DNA of 64,000 nucleotides from the NCBI GenBank assembly GCA_016839555.1, contig JAEOUA010000010.1, positions 64,001-128,000 on the forward strand, written 5' to 3'. The DNA is from Promethearchaeota archaeon. GTDB taxonomy: Archaea; Asgardarchaeota; Lokiarchaeia; Sigyniarchaeales; SOKP01. Both the position numbers and the translations under genes were made by a program. Below, in pieces: positions 50,814 through 61,549 of this stretch. Within the stretch, counting starts at the first letter, position 1. The number at the start of each line of letters is the position of its first letter. Below the pieces are notes generated by a model. It did not search any database, was not told the DNA's origin, and saw nothing but the letters and a program-made list of their open reading frames with translations.

Positions 50814-52532
50814 ATGAACTTAGTACGAATTAATACAAAAACAAATCAAATAAACTACCAAGAGATTACGAAAGATTCGCCATATTTTCTATTTGGTGCT
50901 CGCGGATTAACATCAAAAATCGTATTTGAGGAGGTTCCTCCAGAGGCAGATCCTATAGGAAAATATAATAAATTAATTATCGCTAATGGGTTATTAACAG
51001 GAAGTCCTTTCCCGAATTCTGGTCGAACCTCAGTTGGTGGTAAAAGTCCTCTCACGGGTGGAATTAAGGAAGCAAATGTGGGCGGAAGAGGGGCTATGAT
51101 GCTTGCTCAGAATGGTATAAGAGCGCTTATTTTAGAAGATCAATCGGAGACATGGAAAATTATAGTAATTGATAATGATGGTATCCATATAGAAGACGGA
51201 CAAGGATATAGTGGATTAGGAAATTATGAGTTACACGAGAAATTATATAAGAAATACGGAGATCGAGTCGCCATCTATTCCATTGGGCTTGCGGGAGAAC
51301 ACAAAATGAAAAATTCAACGGTTGCAGCTAATGATTTGGAGGGATATCCTTCACGCCATGCGGCAAGAGGGGGCTTAGGTGCGGTTATGGGCTCAAAAAA
51401 AATTAAAGCAATAATTATAGCACCACCTAAGAAATCCAAAGTTAATATAAATAATATTAAACGATTTCGCGAGGTTTCAAAACCCTTTGCTAAACAGCTA
51501 GCAACGACTAAGGAAACTTTTTCAACATTTGGTACAGCATTAATGATAAATTCGATGAGTGTATATGGAGGTTTGCCAACTAAGAGTTTCAGAAAAGGGT
51601 CATATGAGAAAGCAAACGAAATTTCTGGCGAAAAATTACACGATATAATTGTTGAAAGAAATGGAAAAAATAGATTAGGGTGTAGTCCTACTTGTGTAAT
51701 ACGGTGTTCACATTTAGTAAATGATGAAAAAGGAGAGCATATCACCTCAAGTCTAGAATATGAGACAATGGCAATGAATGGTTCCAACTTATTAATAGAT
51801 GATATAGATGTTTTGGCACAAATTGATCATAATTGCGATAATTTAGGACTCGACACTATTGAATTTGGATGTACATTGGGAGTTGCTATGGATGCGGGTA
51901 AAATTGAATGGGGAGATGCGGATAAGGTTTTCAAAATTTTTGAAGAAATTAAAAAAGGATCTGAAATTGGACATCTATATGGAAACGGAGTATGTAATTT
52001 AGCAAATGAGATCAATTATGACCGTGTTCCTCATGTTAAAGGACAAGGTTTGTCAGCATATGATCCTCGTGTCTTTAAAGGAATGAGCGTGACATTTGCC
52101 ACATCTCCTATGGGAGCTGATCATACAGCAGGTGCAGCTATTGCTGGAAGATCTGCAAGTGGTGGCAAAGATTATGGAGAATTAACGGAGAATAAGGGAA
52201 AATTGGAATTATCCTATGAATTACAAGTATACACGGCAGTGCTTGATTCTATGGGATGCTGCTATTTTATTGGGCCAAATTATGAGACCATGGATATTGT
52301 CGCTAAGGCATTAAATGCGATGTATGATATAAATTTAAAACAAAAAGATGTTATAAATATCGGAAAGCAAATACTGAAAAATGAAATTGAATTTAATAAG
52401 AAAGCTGGAATTTCTCAAGAGATGAATGATCTTCCAGAATTTTTTAGAAAGGAACCTTCAGATCCAGTTAATTTAGTTGTAGATATACCAAAAGAAGAGT
52501 TAAAAAATTTTTGGAAAAGATTGGAAGATTAA
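50814..52532 (+). CDS. aor: Aldehyde:ferredoxin oxidoreductase (W/Mo-pterin)
   Basis: KSPLTGGIKEAN.GG, AARGGLGAVMGSK, CSPTCVIRC, EYET, GLDTIE, GADH. Confidence 0.93.
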   Translation: MNLVRINTKTNQINYQEITKDSPYFLFGARGLTSKIVFEEVPPEADPIGKYNKLIIANGLLTGSPFPNSGRTSVGGKSPLTGGIKEANVGGRGAMMLAQNGIRALILEDQSETWKIIVIDNDGIHIEDGQGYSGLGNYELHEKLYKKYGDRVAIYSIGLAGEHKMKNSTVAANDLEGYPSRHAARGGLGAVMGSKKIKAIIIAPPKKSKVNINNIKRFREVSKPFAKQLATTKETFSTFGTALMINSMSVYGGLPTKSFRKGSYEKANEISGEKLHDIIVERNGKNRLGCSPTCVIRCSHLVNDEKGEHITSSLEYETMAMNGSNLLIDDIDVLAQIDHNCDNLGLDTIEFGCTLGVAMDAGKIEWGDADKVFKIFEEIKKGSEIGHLYGNGVCNLANEINYDRVPHVKGQGLSAYDPRVFKGMSVTFATSPMGADHTAGAAIAGRSASGGKDYGELTENKGKLELSYELQVYTAVLDSMGCCYFIGPNYETMDIVAKALNAMYDINLKQKDVINIGKQILKNEIEFNKKAGISQEMNDLPEFFRKEPSDPVNLVVDIPKEELKNFWKRLED

Positions 52533-52819
52533 AAAATTTTGTTTATTTTTTTAACGGCAATATTTAATTATTAGTATTCGAATTCTGAACCTAAATTCTC
52601 TAAAGGTATTTTAATAATCCTTTTTTCATCATTATATATTTTCCTATAATGATAAAAATTTTACCTATTGTTCTAATGAGATATTCGAATTTTGCTTTGA
52701 TTGCCATCTCTTTTATTATGTAAGAAAATTTTTTATATGAAATTTGATCTTACTAATTTTAATAATTAATTTTTATAATTAATAGATATTCATTTAATCT
52801 ATCATTTAGGAGATGTATT

Positions 52820-54190
52820 ATGAATAACGAAAAAATTCTTTCTGAATTGCAAAATATTGTCGGTAAAGCCTACGTTTCAAACGATCCCGCGGAATTATTT
52901 ATGTATTCCAGAGATCCGGGCGCGAGCAAGCCTAGAGATGTAGATTTTGTCGCAATGCCTCGAACTACTAAAGAAGTTCAAGCTATCGTGAAATTAGCAA
53001 ATAAATTTAAAATCCCCGTCACACCAATGGGAGGGGGTCTTACATTAAGCGGTCTTGTTATACCAGTGAAGGGAGGTATTGTAATTGACATGAAACGAAT
53101 GGATACTATAGTAGAAATTAATAAATTAAGCCGATATGCTCTAATTGAGCCAGGAGTGTCTACAGGTCAATTACAGGCGTTCTTGGAGGAAAATTATCCC
53201 GAGCTACAAGTTTCCGTCCCAGATGCACCTCCATCAGTTACAGTAGCTGGAAATGCTTTAATTAATGGATCTGGGTTTTTGTCTCATCAATATGGTGATC
53301 ATGGGAGTATGCTTAATGGATTAGAAGTAGTTCTTCCTAATGGAGAAATATGCAAGGTTGGATCTTGCGCGCTTTCTGATTATTGGTTTACACGAGGGCC
53401 AATTCCTGATTTTATCGGATTGTTTACGAGTTCATTCGGAATGATGGGTATCATAACGAAATTATCAATTAAATTGTATCCAAAGCCAAAAATGAGAGAT
53501 TTAGTATTTGGATTATTCAAAAAATCAGAAATAATTCCTGAATTATTATATAACATTACATTTACCGAACTTGCAGAAGATATTTTATTAGGAGCTCAAG
53601 GAAAGCCAGACTGGATGGCGGGTTATATTTTTATAATTGTATATATTACTGGAGGATCTCAAGAAGAATTAGATAAGAAAGAAAAAAGATTAAAAAAGAT
53701 ATATAGAAAGAACGGGGCACGATATATGAAACCTCCCCCAAGAATTAGGGATATTTTTCTCGAAAAGCCCCAATTTGCAGCTAAAGCAGCAGATTTCCGA
53801 AAAGGAGGGGGATTTGAGTATGTTGGGAGCTTTTTTCCCTTAGAAAAAGTTCCTGAGGCAATGGATAGAGGAATGGAGATCTCAAACAAATATGGTATTA
53901 TACCAACTTTAGGCGCGAGAATTTTTGGACCTACCCACACTGTGATGGTATTTTTTTCTTATTCGTTTAATAGGGCAGATCCCGATGATATTCAAAATGC
54001 AAAAAATGCCTTAAGAGATACCAATATAATGACTTTAGAATTAGGGGGTATTCCTTGGAAAGGAGAGTTAAGAGCTCAACAAATGATCTTAGAAAAGATG
54101 AATCCAAATTATAAATACTTATTAAAAACTATTAAAGAACAATTAGATCCTAATAATATCATGAATCCTGGAAATTGGGAGGTGAAGTAA
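52820..54190 (+). CDS. FAD-binding oxidoreductase (GlcD/D-lactate dehydrogenase-like)
   Basis: P.TTKEV..IVK.AN, GGGLTLSG, GLEVVLPNG, GIITK, LDPNNIMNPG. Confidence 0.9.
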   Translation: MNNEKILSELQNIVGKAYVSNDPAELFMYSRDPGASKPRDVDFVAMPRTTKEVQAIVKLANKFKIPVTPMGGGLTLSGLVIPVKGGIVIDMKRMDTIVEINKLSRYALIEPGVSTGQLQAFLEENYPELQVSVPDAPPSVTVAGNALINGSGFLSHQYGDHGSMLNGLEVVLPNGEICKVGSCALSDYWFTRGPIPDFIGLFTSSFGMMGIITKLSIKLYPKPKMRDLVFGLFKKSEIIPELLYNITFTELAEDILLGAQGKPDWMAGYIFIIVYITGGSQEELDKKEKRLKKIYRKNGARYMKPPPRIRDIFLEKPQFAAKAADFRKGGGFEYVGSFFPLEKVPEAMDRGMEISNKYGIIPTLGARIFGPTHTVMVFFSYSFNRADPDDIQNAKNALRDTNIMTLELGGIPWKGELRAQQMILEKMNPNYKYLLKTIKEQLDPNNIMNPGNWEVK

Positions 54191-55357
54191 ATGAATTTAG
54201 AAGAATATGATGGTATTGTCCATCGTTGTTTTAGGTGCGGATATTGTAAATTAACGCATAATTATCTATTACTTAATTGTCCAAGCTACAAGAAATACCG
54301 GTTTGAGACCTACTCAACGGGGGGCCGTATGTGGCTCATATACGCTCTTATGACTAACGAAATTGAATGGAGTGAAAAGGTAGCTGACATTTTATACGCA
54401 TGCCCTACATGTGGCAATTGTAATATTAATTGTAGATTCGATAAATTTAATGATTTCTTAGTAGATATCATTGAAGCCGCACGAGCGGAAGCCGTAAAGA
54501 ATGGTTTTTGTCCTGAAAATCAGACCCAATTGATAGAACGAACCACGAATCCGGAATTTTTTAATCCCTATGCCGAGCCAAATTCCGATAACGAAGACTT
54601 GAAAAAGAAATATAATCTTCCAGATAAAGCAGAGTGGGTATACTTTATAGGATGTACCTCTAATTATAGACAACAAGATTTAAGAGATGCCACGTTAAGA
54701 TTTCTAAAAAAGGCAGGAATTGATTTTACCTTAATTGATGAACATTGTTGCACGAGTCCACTTATAAGAACTGGTCAACTTGATCCAGTAAAAAAATTTA
54801 TGAATTATAATGTAGAAAAGATTAAAGAGACTGGGGCCTCAAAAATTGTAACCTCTTGTGCGGGATGCTGTAGAACTTTAAAAGTTGATTTTGAAAAGCA
54901 AGGTGTTAATATAAATTTTGAGGTATTACATACTTCTGAATTGATTAATCAACTCTTAAAAGAAGGAAAAATCAAATTTAACTCTGAGTTTAATAAAATA
55001 GTAACATACCATGATCCATGTCATATAGGACGCCATATGGGACTTTATGATGATCCTAGAGAGGTGTATAAAGCAATTCCTGGAATTGAATTCAAAGAAA
55101 TGCAAAGGATAAGGGAAAATTCGTGGTGCTGCGGTGCAGGAGGCGGTGTCAAAATAGGATATCCGGATTGGGCCTTAGAGATTTCAAAAGAAAGATTGGA
55201 AGAAGCAAAAGAAACTGGAGCAGAAGTACTCTCATCAACATGTCCATTTTGCCGGACTAACTTGACTGATGCGAATAGAGAATACAATATGGGCTTAGAA
55301 ATTTTAGATTTAGTCGAAATTTTGGATAATATAGAAATCGAAACCCAAAATACTTAG
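54191..55357 (+). CDS. Fe-S oxidoreductase (GlcF/HdrD-like; 4Fe-4S dicluster + 2 CCG)
   Basis: CFRCGYC, CPTCGNC, HCC, YHDPCH, CCGAGGG, CPFC; starts immediately after the GlcD-like stop. Confidence 0.9.
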   Translation: MNLEEYDGIVHRCFRCGYCKLTHNYLLLNCPSYKKYRFETYSTGGRMWLIYALMTNEIEWSEKVADILYACPTCGNCNINCRFDKFNDFLVDIIEAARAEAVKNGFCPENQTQLIERTTNPEFFNPYAEPNSDNEDLKKKYNLPDKAEWVYFIGCTSNYRQQDLRDATLRFLKKAGIDFTLIDEHCCTSPLIRTGQLDPVKKFMNYNVEKIKETGASKIVTSCAGCCRTLKVDFEKQGVNINFEVLHTSELINQLLKEGKIKFNSEFNKIVTYHDPCHIGRHMGLYDDPREVYKAIPGIEFKEMQRIRENSWCCGAGGGVKIGYPDWALEISKERLEEAKETGAEVLSSTCPFCRTNLTDANREYNMGLEILDLVEILDNIEIETQNT

Positions 55358-55449
55358 TATTTTATTTTCTTTTTTTTTTATATTGAAAGAGAATATTTTC
55401 TTTTAATTTATTATATATATTAAAAGAATTATAATAAGGTGAAATAAAA

Positions 55450-56295
55450 ATGAGATTGGGAGCACATATGAGTATTTCGGGTGGTAAATATAAAGCACTT
55501 GAAAGAGGAAACAGTATTGGATGCGAAGCAATTCAAATTTTTACAGGAAATGTCAGAAGTTGGGCTTCAAAACCTTTAGATGAAGAAGAAATTAAATTAT
55601 TTCATGAGAAGAAAAAAGAATATGATATTTATCCAGTTATATCGCATAATAGTTATTTAATTAATTTAGCAACAACAGATGAGGAGAAACTGAAAAAATC
55701 CTATGATGCGATGCTTGACGAATTAACTAGAGCTGATCAACTGGGTATTGAATATGTCAATATGCATCCAGGAAATAAAAATGAAGGAGAGAAAGAAATA
55801 GATGCTCTATTAAGAATTGCCGAACAAATTAATCTTTTATTAAAGCAAACTAATAAATCTAATGTGATCATTCTTTTGGAAACAACTGCCGGTCAGGGAA
55901 ATGATGTTGGTTATAAATTCGAACATATGATCGCTATTATGGATGAAATTGAAAATAAAAAACGTATTGGAGTAACATTTGATACTCAGCATTCATTTGC
56001 TGCTGGCTACGATTTCAGAACTAAAAATACTTACGAAAAATTATGGAATGAATTTGATGATATAATTGGCTTACAATATCTGGATGCATTTCATTTTAAC
56101 GATTCTAAAAGCGATTTAGGAGATAAAGTTGATCGACATGATCATATTGGAAATGGAAAAATAGGGAAAGAGCCGTTTGGCTTTTTTATTAATGATGAGA
56201 GATTTAAAGAGTTGCCTGGAATCTTAGAAACTCCTAATAGCGAAAAGACATTTGAAGATAACTTAAATGTTCTAAAAAGTTTAAGAAAAAGTTAG
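55450..56295 (+). CDS. nfo: Endonuclease IV
   Basis: GAHMSISGG, HNSYLINL, HPG, ETTAGQG, DTQH, HFNDSK, DRHDHIG, ILETP. Confidence 0.95.
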   Translation: MRLGAHMSISGGKYKALERGNSIGCEAIQIFTGNVRSWASKPLDEEEIKLFHEKKKEYDIYPVISHNSYLINLATTDEEKLKKSYDAMLDELTRADQLGIEYVNMHPGNKNEGEKEIDALLRIAEQINLLLKQTNKSNVIILLETTAGQGNDVGYKFEHMIAIMDEIENKKRIGVTFDTQHSFAAGYDFRTKNTYEKLWNEFDDIIGLQYLDAFHFNDSKSDLGDKVDRHDHIGNGKIGKEPFGFFINDERFKELPGILETPNSEKTFEDNLNVLKSLRKS

Positions 56296-56422
56296 ATTAA
56301 TTATCAAATTTTTAATTTATAATTATTTTACCATTAAATAATTAAGGATTTATGAAGATCTAAAGTTTAAAAAAGAAGGAAAAATAAAATATATAATATT
56401 TTAAAATCTCTTAAAATAAAAT

Positions 56423-56617
56423 TCATGCTCGTTTCCTAATATCAGCATTCTTTCTTATTCTTTTGTCCTTAAATTCTTGAGTCTTTTGTCTTAGTATAGT
56501 TCTACGTTCGACAATGCTTACCCTATTATGCTTTAAGAGATCATCTAATTTTTCCATATATTCATCTGTACTCAAACTTAAGTCAAAAATTGAGTTATAA
56601 TCAATTTTTTCTAGCAT
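56423..56617 (-). CDS. Small hypothetical protein
   Basis: 64-aa ORF with GAGGT SD, fills the gap between genes. Confidence 0.6.
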   Translation of the reverse strand: MLEKIDYNSIFDLSLSTDEYMEKLDDLLKHNRVSIVERRTILRQKTQEFKDKRIRKNADIRKRA

Positions 56618-56774
56618 TCTAATACCTCAACACTTCTTATTTCTTACTAGCCATAAAATAATATGGTGGATACATAATATTTAAAAATTCTATTATTTAA
56701 TTTTATCTTTTCAGATAATTATAATTCCGAAATAATAAACTATTTTCAATTTTTTCCAAAAAAAAGATTTTTAA

Positions 56775-57356
56775 TTATTCAATTGATGCGTGTTTGTTAT
56801 CGATATCATCTTCCGATACATTCAGAAGATCCATTAGAACACCACCGATCGAATCTAAAACGGATAAAGTGCATATATCAAATAAACTCGTATATGGTGC
56901 TAGTGTTTTTTGAGATCTTGCTTTATCTTTACTCTTTCCCTGAATTCTAATTATCAAATCAGAAAGACTACCAATAGCACTATTTGGATTACCTGTTAAA
57001 AGAGCCAATGCTCCCCCAATTTCATGAGCTTTGCGAGCAATTGCAACAGAGGAGGTAGTTTCTCCACTTCCACTTATTATAATTAATAAATCAAAGGGTG
57101 TATAACGATATGTTACAGCATCAGAAACAAAACAGGACTTAATTCCCAAATGCATTAATCTCTGCGCAAAAGCTCGCCCCATAAATCCTGATCTTCCTGC
57201 ACCATAGATAAACACTCTATTACCTTTATTATGAATTTCTATAATTTTTTCAATTAATTTGTTAATTTCTGATAAATTTAACTCCTCGGAATTCTTTATA
57301 ATGTGATCTGAAATCTCTTGAAGTGTCTCTATAAATCTTTTTTTTGAGTTTTTCAT
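56775..57356 (-). CDS. hxlB: 6-phospho-3-hexuloisomerase (SIS domain)
   Basis: GAGRSG, FAQRLMHLG, ISGSGET, C-terminal HASIE. Confidence 0.88.
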   Translation of the reverse strand: MKNSKKRFIETLQEISDHIIKNSEELNLSEINKLIEKIIEIHNKGNRVFIYGAGRSGFMGRAFAQRLMHLGIKSCFVSDAVTYRYTPFDLLIIISGSGETTSSVAIARKAHEIGGALALLTGNPNSAIGSLSDLIIRIQGKSKDKARSQKTLAPYTSLFDICTLSVLDSIGGVLMDLLNVSEDDIDNKHASIE

Positions 57357-57383
57357 AATAATCAGTTTAAATCCTAAGGGATT

Positions 57384-58631
57384 TTAATTTTCATCTTGGA
57401 ATTTTTCTGGATTAACATACTTTCGCCATTCTTCAACCGTTTCTTTAGGTCCTAACCCAATAATAAGATCTCCTTGTTCAAATATGAAATCTGGCTCAAA
57501 ACTATAAATCCATTTATTTCCTCTCTTTACAGCAATTATATGAAACCCACGCTTATATTTTTTATCTTGGAGTTCATTGTATTTTTTTCCTTTAAAATAT
57601 GAATCCTCAGATAAATTTTCTCTTACTACGATTTCCGCCGTTTCTGTAATAGCTTTTTGCAAAATTTTATGGGGTTTAAAACCCCTTATAATACTCTCAG
57701 CAATAGTTCCTGCTGCATCAGCGATTAATTCACAAGAAAATGCGATACGTAAAATACCAGTTAAATCTCTTATATTCTGAATATGACTTGCCAATTCTAG
57801 TATATCTTTTTCAAAATTAATATTGAGCCCATCCATTAGCTCCTCCATCTCTAACACATCTTCTGCAACTTCATAGTTATTAAAAAATAACGACGCTAAC
57901 GCCAATTCGATCATTGTCTCTGAAATATCGGTAATTTGAATATAGATTTTTTTAATATTTCGGAACATTTCTTCAATTTCAGGATCGGAAATATCAAACG
58001 CAGGTTCTTTGATCTCCTTCTCAATTTCAAATGACACAGGCTCTTTATCATTACATTCTGTTTTAAGTTGCATTAAAGGAGCCTTTTCTCCTTTTACAAT
58101 TAGGGTATCATTCAATAGAATTTTTTCCTCTTTAGAAAAAAGCCATTTATTTTTGCGTCTTATTGCAATCAAATTCACACCATATTTAGACCGAAAATGA
58201 ATATCTTTACGATATTTCCCCAGAAAATTGCAACCTTCATTTATTTTAATTTTTATAATTGGTTCCGGTACTTTTTCCCAGAATAATTGGGTAAAGTCGG
58301 TGATATCATTATTTATATAAATTACTCGAGCAATATCAGAAAGCGCATCCGATATTTTATCAATAGAATAACCCATAACGATAATAGGCTCTAATTTTTT
58401 CGCATTCTTAATACCCAATGGATGAGTTTGTATAATTTGAAAGCTCAATAAAAAAGTAAGTTCATGGATTCGTTGCTCTATATTATATACTTCATCCGCA
58501 ATTTCTTTGCTTCCAAATTTAATTGCGGAATATGCAAGGTCTATCATCAAATCTATATTTTGTTTCATCTGCGATAAAATATCTTTAAGCGAGATGGGAC
58601 GATATTTAAATTTCTTTTTGATGGCAGTCAT
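57384..58631 (-). CDS. Duplicated PhoU + TrkA-C (RCK_C) protein
   Basis: Two repeats of M.DLA.SA...E (PhoU) and IA.RR..KW (TrkA-C). Confidence 0.85.
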   Translation of the reverse strand: MTAIKKKFKYRPISLKDILSQMKQNIDLMIDLAYSAIKFGSKEIADEVYNIEQRIHELTFLLSFQIIQTHPLGIKNAKKLEPIIVMGYSIDKISDALSDIARVIYINNDITDFTQLFWEKVPEPIIKIKINEGCNFLGKYRKDIHFRSKYGVNLIAIRRKNKWLFSKEEKILLNDTLIVKGEKAPLMQLKTECNDKEPVSFEIEKEIKEPAFDISDPEIEEMFRNIKKIYIQITDISETMIELALASLFFNNYEVAEDVLEMEELMDGLNINFEKDILELASHIQNIRDLTGILRIAFSCELIADAAGTIAESIIRGFKPHKILQKAITETAEIVVRENLSEDSYFKGKKYNELQDKKYKRGFHIIAVKRGNKWIYSFEPDFIFEQGDLIIGLGPKETVEEWRKYVNPEKFQDEN

Positions 58632-58670
58632 ATTGAATTTATTTCACTAATAAAAGTCTATTCTTTAATT

Positions 58671-59231
58671 CTATATAAAGATTATGATTAATATAATTAT
58701 CAATAGAGGTGTTAACAAGTCTATAATAGAGGTGGTAATAGGAATTAAAAGATTATTAGGATCCTTTCCTTTTCTGAATAAAAGAATTGAAAAAATAAAC
58801 AAGATGATAAACAAAAATATAAATAGTAATAAAACAGTTATCGATAATATCATTATAATTATGAAAGGATTTACTATTTTTTTTCCAGAAATAAATAAAA
58901 ACGTATAACCAATTGTCACTAACGCTCCAAAAGAGAGTATAATAGTAATTAAAAGTCCAATAAAGTCATCCTTCAATTTTTCTGATCTTTTTATTTCGGG
59001 GGCAATAGAACCTATATGTAAGTGAGTACTTAATCTTGCAACTAATACAACCGATATATCACCAATTAGAGAGTTTAGGGCGGGTAAAGTAATAAGAATA
59101 ATTGGGATACTATAAAGGATTTCTTCATTAATAGATAATACTGTTCCGGATATGAGTCCTAATAGAGATGAAACAATTAATAATATGAATGATTCCTTAA
59201 CGATTTTTTTAAAATAATCTATTTTTCCCAT
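58671..59231 (-). CDS. MgtE-type membrane domain protein
   Basis: P.L....G......ARLST.LH.G; DPNN..IPI.TS..D. Confidence 0.85.
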   Translation of the reverse strand: MGKIDYFKKIVKESFILLIVSSLLGLISGTVLSINEEILYSIPIILITLPALNSLIGDISVVLVARLSTHLHIGSIAPEIKRSEKLKDDFIGLLITIILSFGALVTIGYTFLFISGKKIVNPFIIIMILSITVLLLFIFLFIILFIFSILLFRKGKDPNNLLIPITTSIIDLLTPLLIIILIIIFI

Positions 59232-59233
59232 TT

Positions 59234-59794
59234 TTAAGGTACCCCCAATAATAGAAGAGTTATATAAAAGGTGAATACCGAGAAAAAATCATCTATGGCA
59301 GCCATAAGGGGATTAACTACATTATTTACATTCAGACCGAATTGGAATGCAATATAATTTAAAAACGTAGATGTAGGAATAGAAATCGATAAACTAAAAA
59401 AATTAGAAATTAAAAGAATAGCTATAAAGAGTGAAAAAGATAATTCCCCTACTTTTAAAAATAAGAGGTTTATAAAATAACTGATAATAGCAATTAAAAT
59501 TGAAGTGATTAATGATAAAAAGAAGGTTGCTAATACATTTTCTAGCCATGTATTAATATTAAAATCTCCAATAATGAGATCTTTTCCCGTTCTTGCGATA
59601 AATGGGCCGCTAATATTACCCCTTAAAGAAAGTATAGCTGGCACCATTAAAATGAGCACAGCAAAGGATTCAAAAGGGAGTATTAATATGGTAAGAATGA
59701 CACCTGCGAAAATAGAACCTATGATGGAAACAATTTCCGAGGGAAAAGTCTCTTTAATAATCCTAATCCGTGAATCATCTTCCAAATATTCCAT
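59234..59794 (-). CDS. MgtE-type membrane domain protein (second half)
   Basis: PAILSLRGNISG; NVNNVVNP..AAIDD; likely start MEYLE (59794). Confidence 0.82.
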   Translation of the reverse strand: MEYLEDDSRIRIIKETFPSEIVSIIGSIFAGVILTILILPFESFAVLILMVPAILSLRGNISGPFIARTGKDLIIGDFNINTWLENVLATFFLSLITSILIAIISYFINLLFLKVGELSFSLFIAILLISNFFSLSISIPTSTFLNYIAFQFGLNVNNVVNPLMAAIDDFFSVFTFYITLLLLGVP

Positions 59795-60242
59795 ATCGCA
59801 GCGCCCATTATTCTGATATAAAATAAGATTATTATTTTGTATTAATACTTTCAATAGTCAAAATTATGAATTAAATATAAAAATTGTTAAAGTACCTATT
59901 TTTTTAAAACCCCGATATTTTTATTTAATTTAGCTAATTAAAAATATTCAAGAAAAAAGGTAAAAATTTATCCTTTACTTATTAAAAATTCGATAAAATT
60001 CACTTGTTTTTAGAAAAATCAATTCATCTTTCAATTCTAAAAACTAAAGTATTGATTTCATAGGAATTAAAATAAATTATTATATTATTCTTAGATGATT
60101 ATTTATATCTCCCAATTTATTTTAAACTGATATATATAGTTCAAATTTCACAATTTGAATATTCCCTTTAAAAAATTATTAATTAGTAAGCTATTATAAA
60201 TATTAGATTATAATTTTAATAATATCGCTTCTTTAAATAGTT

Positions 60243-60950
60243 ATGATTATGAATTTTGAAAGATACAATTCGCGATTCCAAGCTGGAAGGAAATTAATCA
60301 TATTTCTTAAGAATAATGATAATGAATTGTATAAATACCTCAAAAATAATACTAGTAAATTTTTTTGTTTTGCCATTCCTAATGGTGGAGTTCCTGTCGC
60401 AGAGGGATTTTGCACCGAGATGAAACTTAATTATGATTTATTAATAGTAAGAAAAATCAAAATTCCATATAATCCTGAAGCGGGGTTTGGATCAATCACA
60501 CCCGATGGAACCGTGTTACTTAATAAAGAACTTTTAAACTATTTGAATCTGAATAGAGAAGAAATTAATGAATCTATAGACATTACTAAAAATGAAATTC
60601 GAGATCGCTTACAATTTTATCACAAACAAGCAAATCTTGTAAGGGATTATGAGAACAAAATTAAAAATAAGATAATCTTTCTGATGGATGATGGATTGGC
60701 TTCTGGATTTACCATGTTGGCAGCTATTAAAATGGTAAAAAAGTATAACCCAGAGGAAGTCTATGTTCTTACTCCAACTGCACCGTATAGAACGGTAGTA
60801 AGAATTGAAAAAAAGGTTAAGAAGGTTTTTTGTCCTAATATTAGAAAGGTTATGCGATTTGCGGTTGCTGATGCCTATAAACAATGGTATGATGTGCCCG
60901 AATCCGAAGTACTGGATATTTTAAATCAATCAAATTATTATATGAAATAA
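60243..60950 (+). CDS. Type I phosphoribosyltransferase
   Basis: IPNGGVPVA, RKI..P.NPEAGFG, DDGLASGFTM PRPP loop. Confidence 0.9.
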   Translation: MIMNFERYNSRFQAGRKLIIFLKNNDNELYKYLKNNTSKFFCFAIPNGGVPVAEGFCTEMKLNYDLLIVRKIKIPYNPEAGFGSITPDGTVLLNKELLNYLNLNREEINESIDITKNEIRDRLQFYHKQANLVRDYENKIKNKIIFLMDDGLASGFTMLAAIKMVKKYNPEEVYVLTPTAPYRTVVRIEKKVKKVFCPNIRKVMRFAVADAYKQWYDVPESEVLDILNQSNYYMK

Positions 60951-61035
60951 ATTATAACAAAATACACAATATGAACTAAGCAATAATTAAAAAATAATAA
61001 AAAAAAATAGATTTTTCCTTCTCTAAAAATAAAAA

Positions 61036-61302
61036 TTATGCGTTTTTTAACCGAAATAGGATACTAGAATGTGGGATGTAAAAATCATAATCATCCTTAA
61101 TTATTACGGTATTAAAATAGTCTGCAAGTCCTAAGAATCCTCTAATTACGGATTCATCCTCTTCAAATTCAAATGTAACTTCAGCAATCGCATTTTTCCC
61201 TCTAATTGAACAATCCTCGTATACTTGTTCATCAATTAAGGGAATTTGCATCTCGGTTATAATCTCTTTAACACGCTTGATAAAAAAATCTTTATCAGCC
61301 AT
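61036..61302 (-). CDS. Hypothetical acidic protein
   Basis: 88-aa ORF with GGTGA SD. Confidence 0.7.
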   Translation of the reverse strand: MADKDFFIKRVKEIITEMQIPLIDEQVYEDCSIRGKNAIAEVTFEFEEDESVIRGFLGLADYFNTVIIKDDYDFYIPHSSILFRLKNA

Positions 61303-61549
61303 AATTTCTCACCAAAATAATTTTTTAAAAATTTATCAAATTAGATATCTTATGTTTTATTATTATTAATTAAGTATAAATTTTTTGTATAAATAAAAAA
61401 CTTTTAAAGAAGAAGACTATTTTAAAGCAAAATAATTTAGTGGAGAAAAAATAAGTAAAAATAAATTTATAAAATTAGATTATTTTTATTTTAATAATAT
61501 TGTTCTTAAAATATGGTAATTAAAAAATTAATATTAATGAGGATTAATT

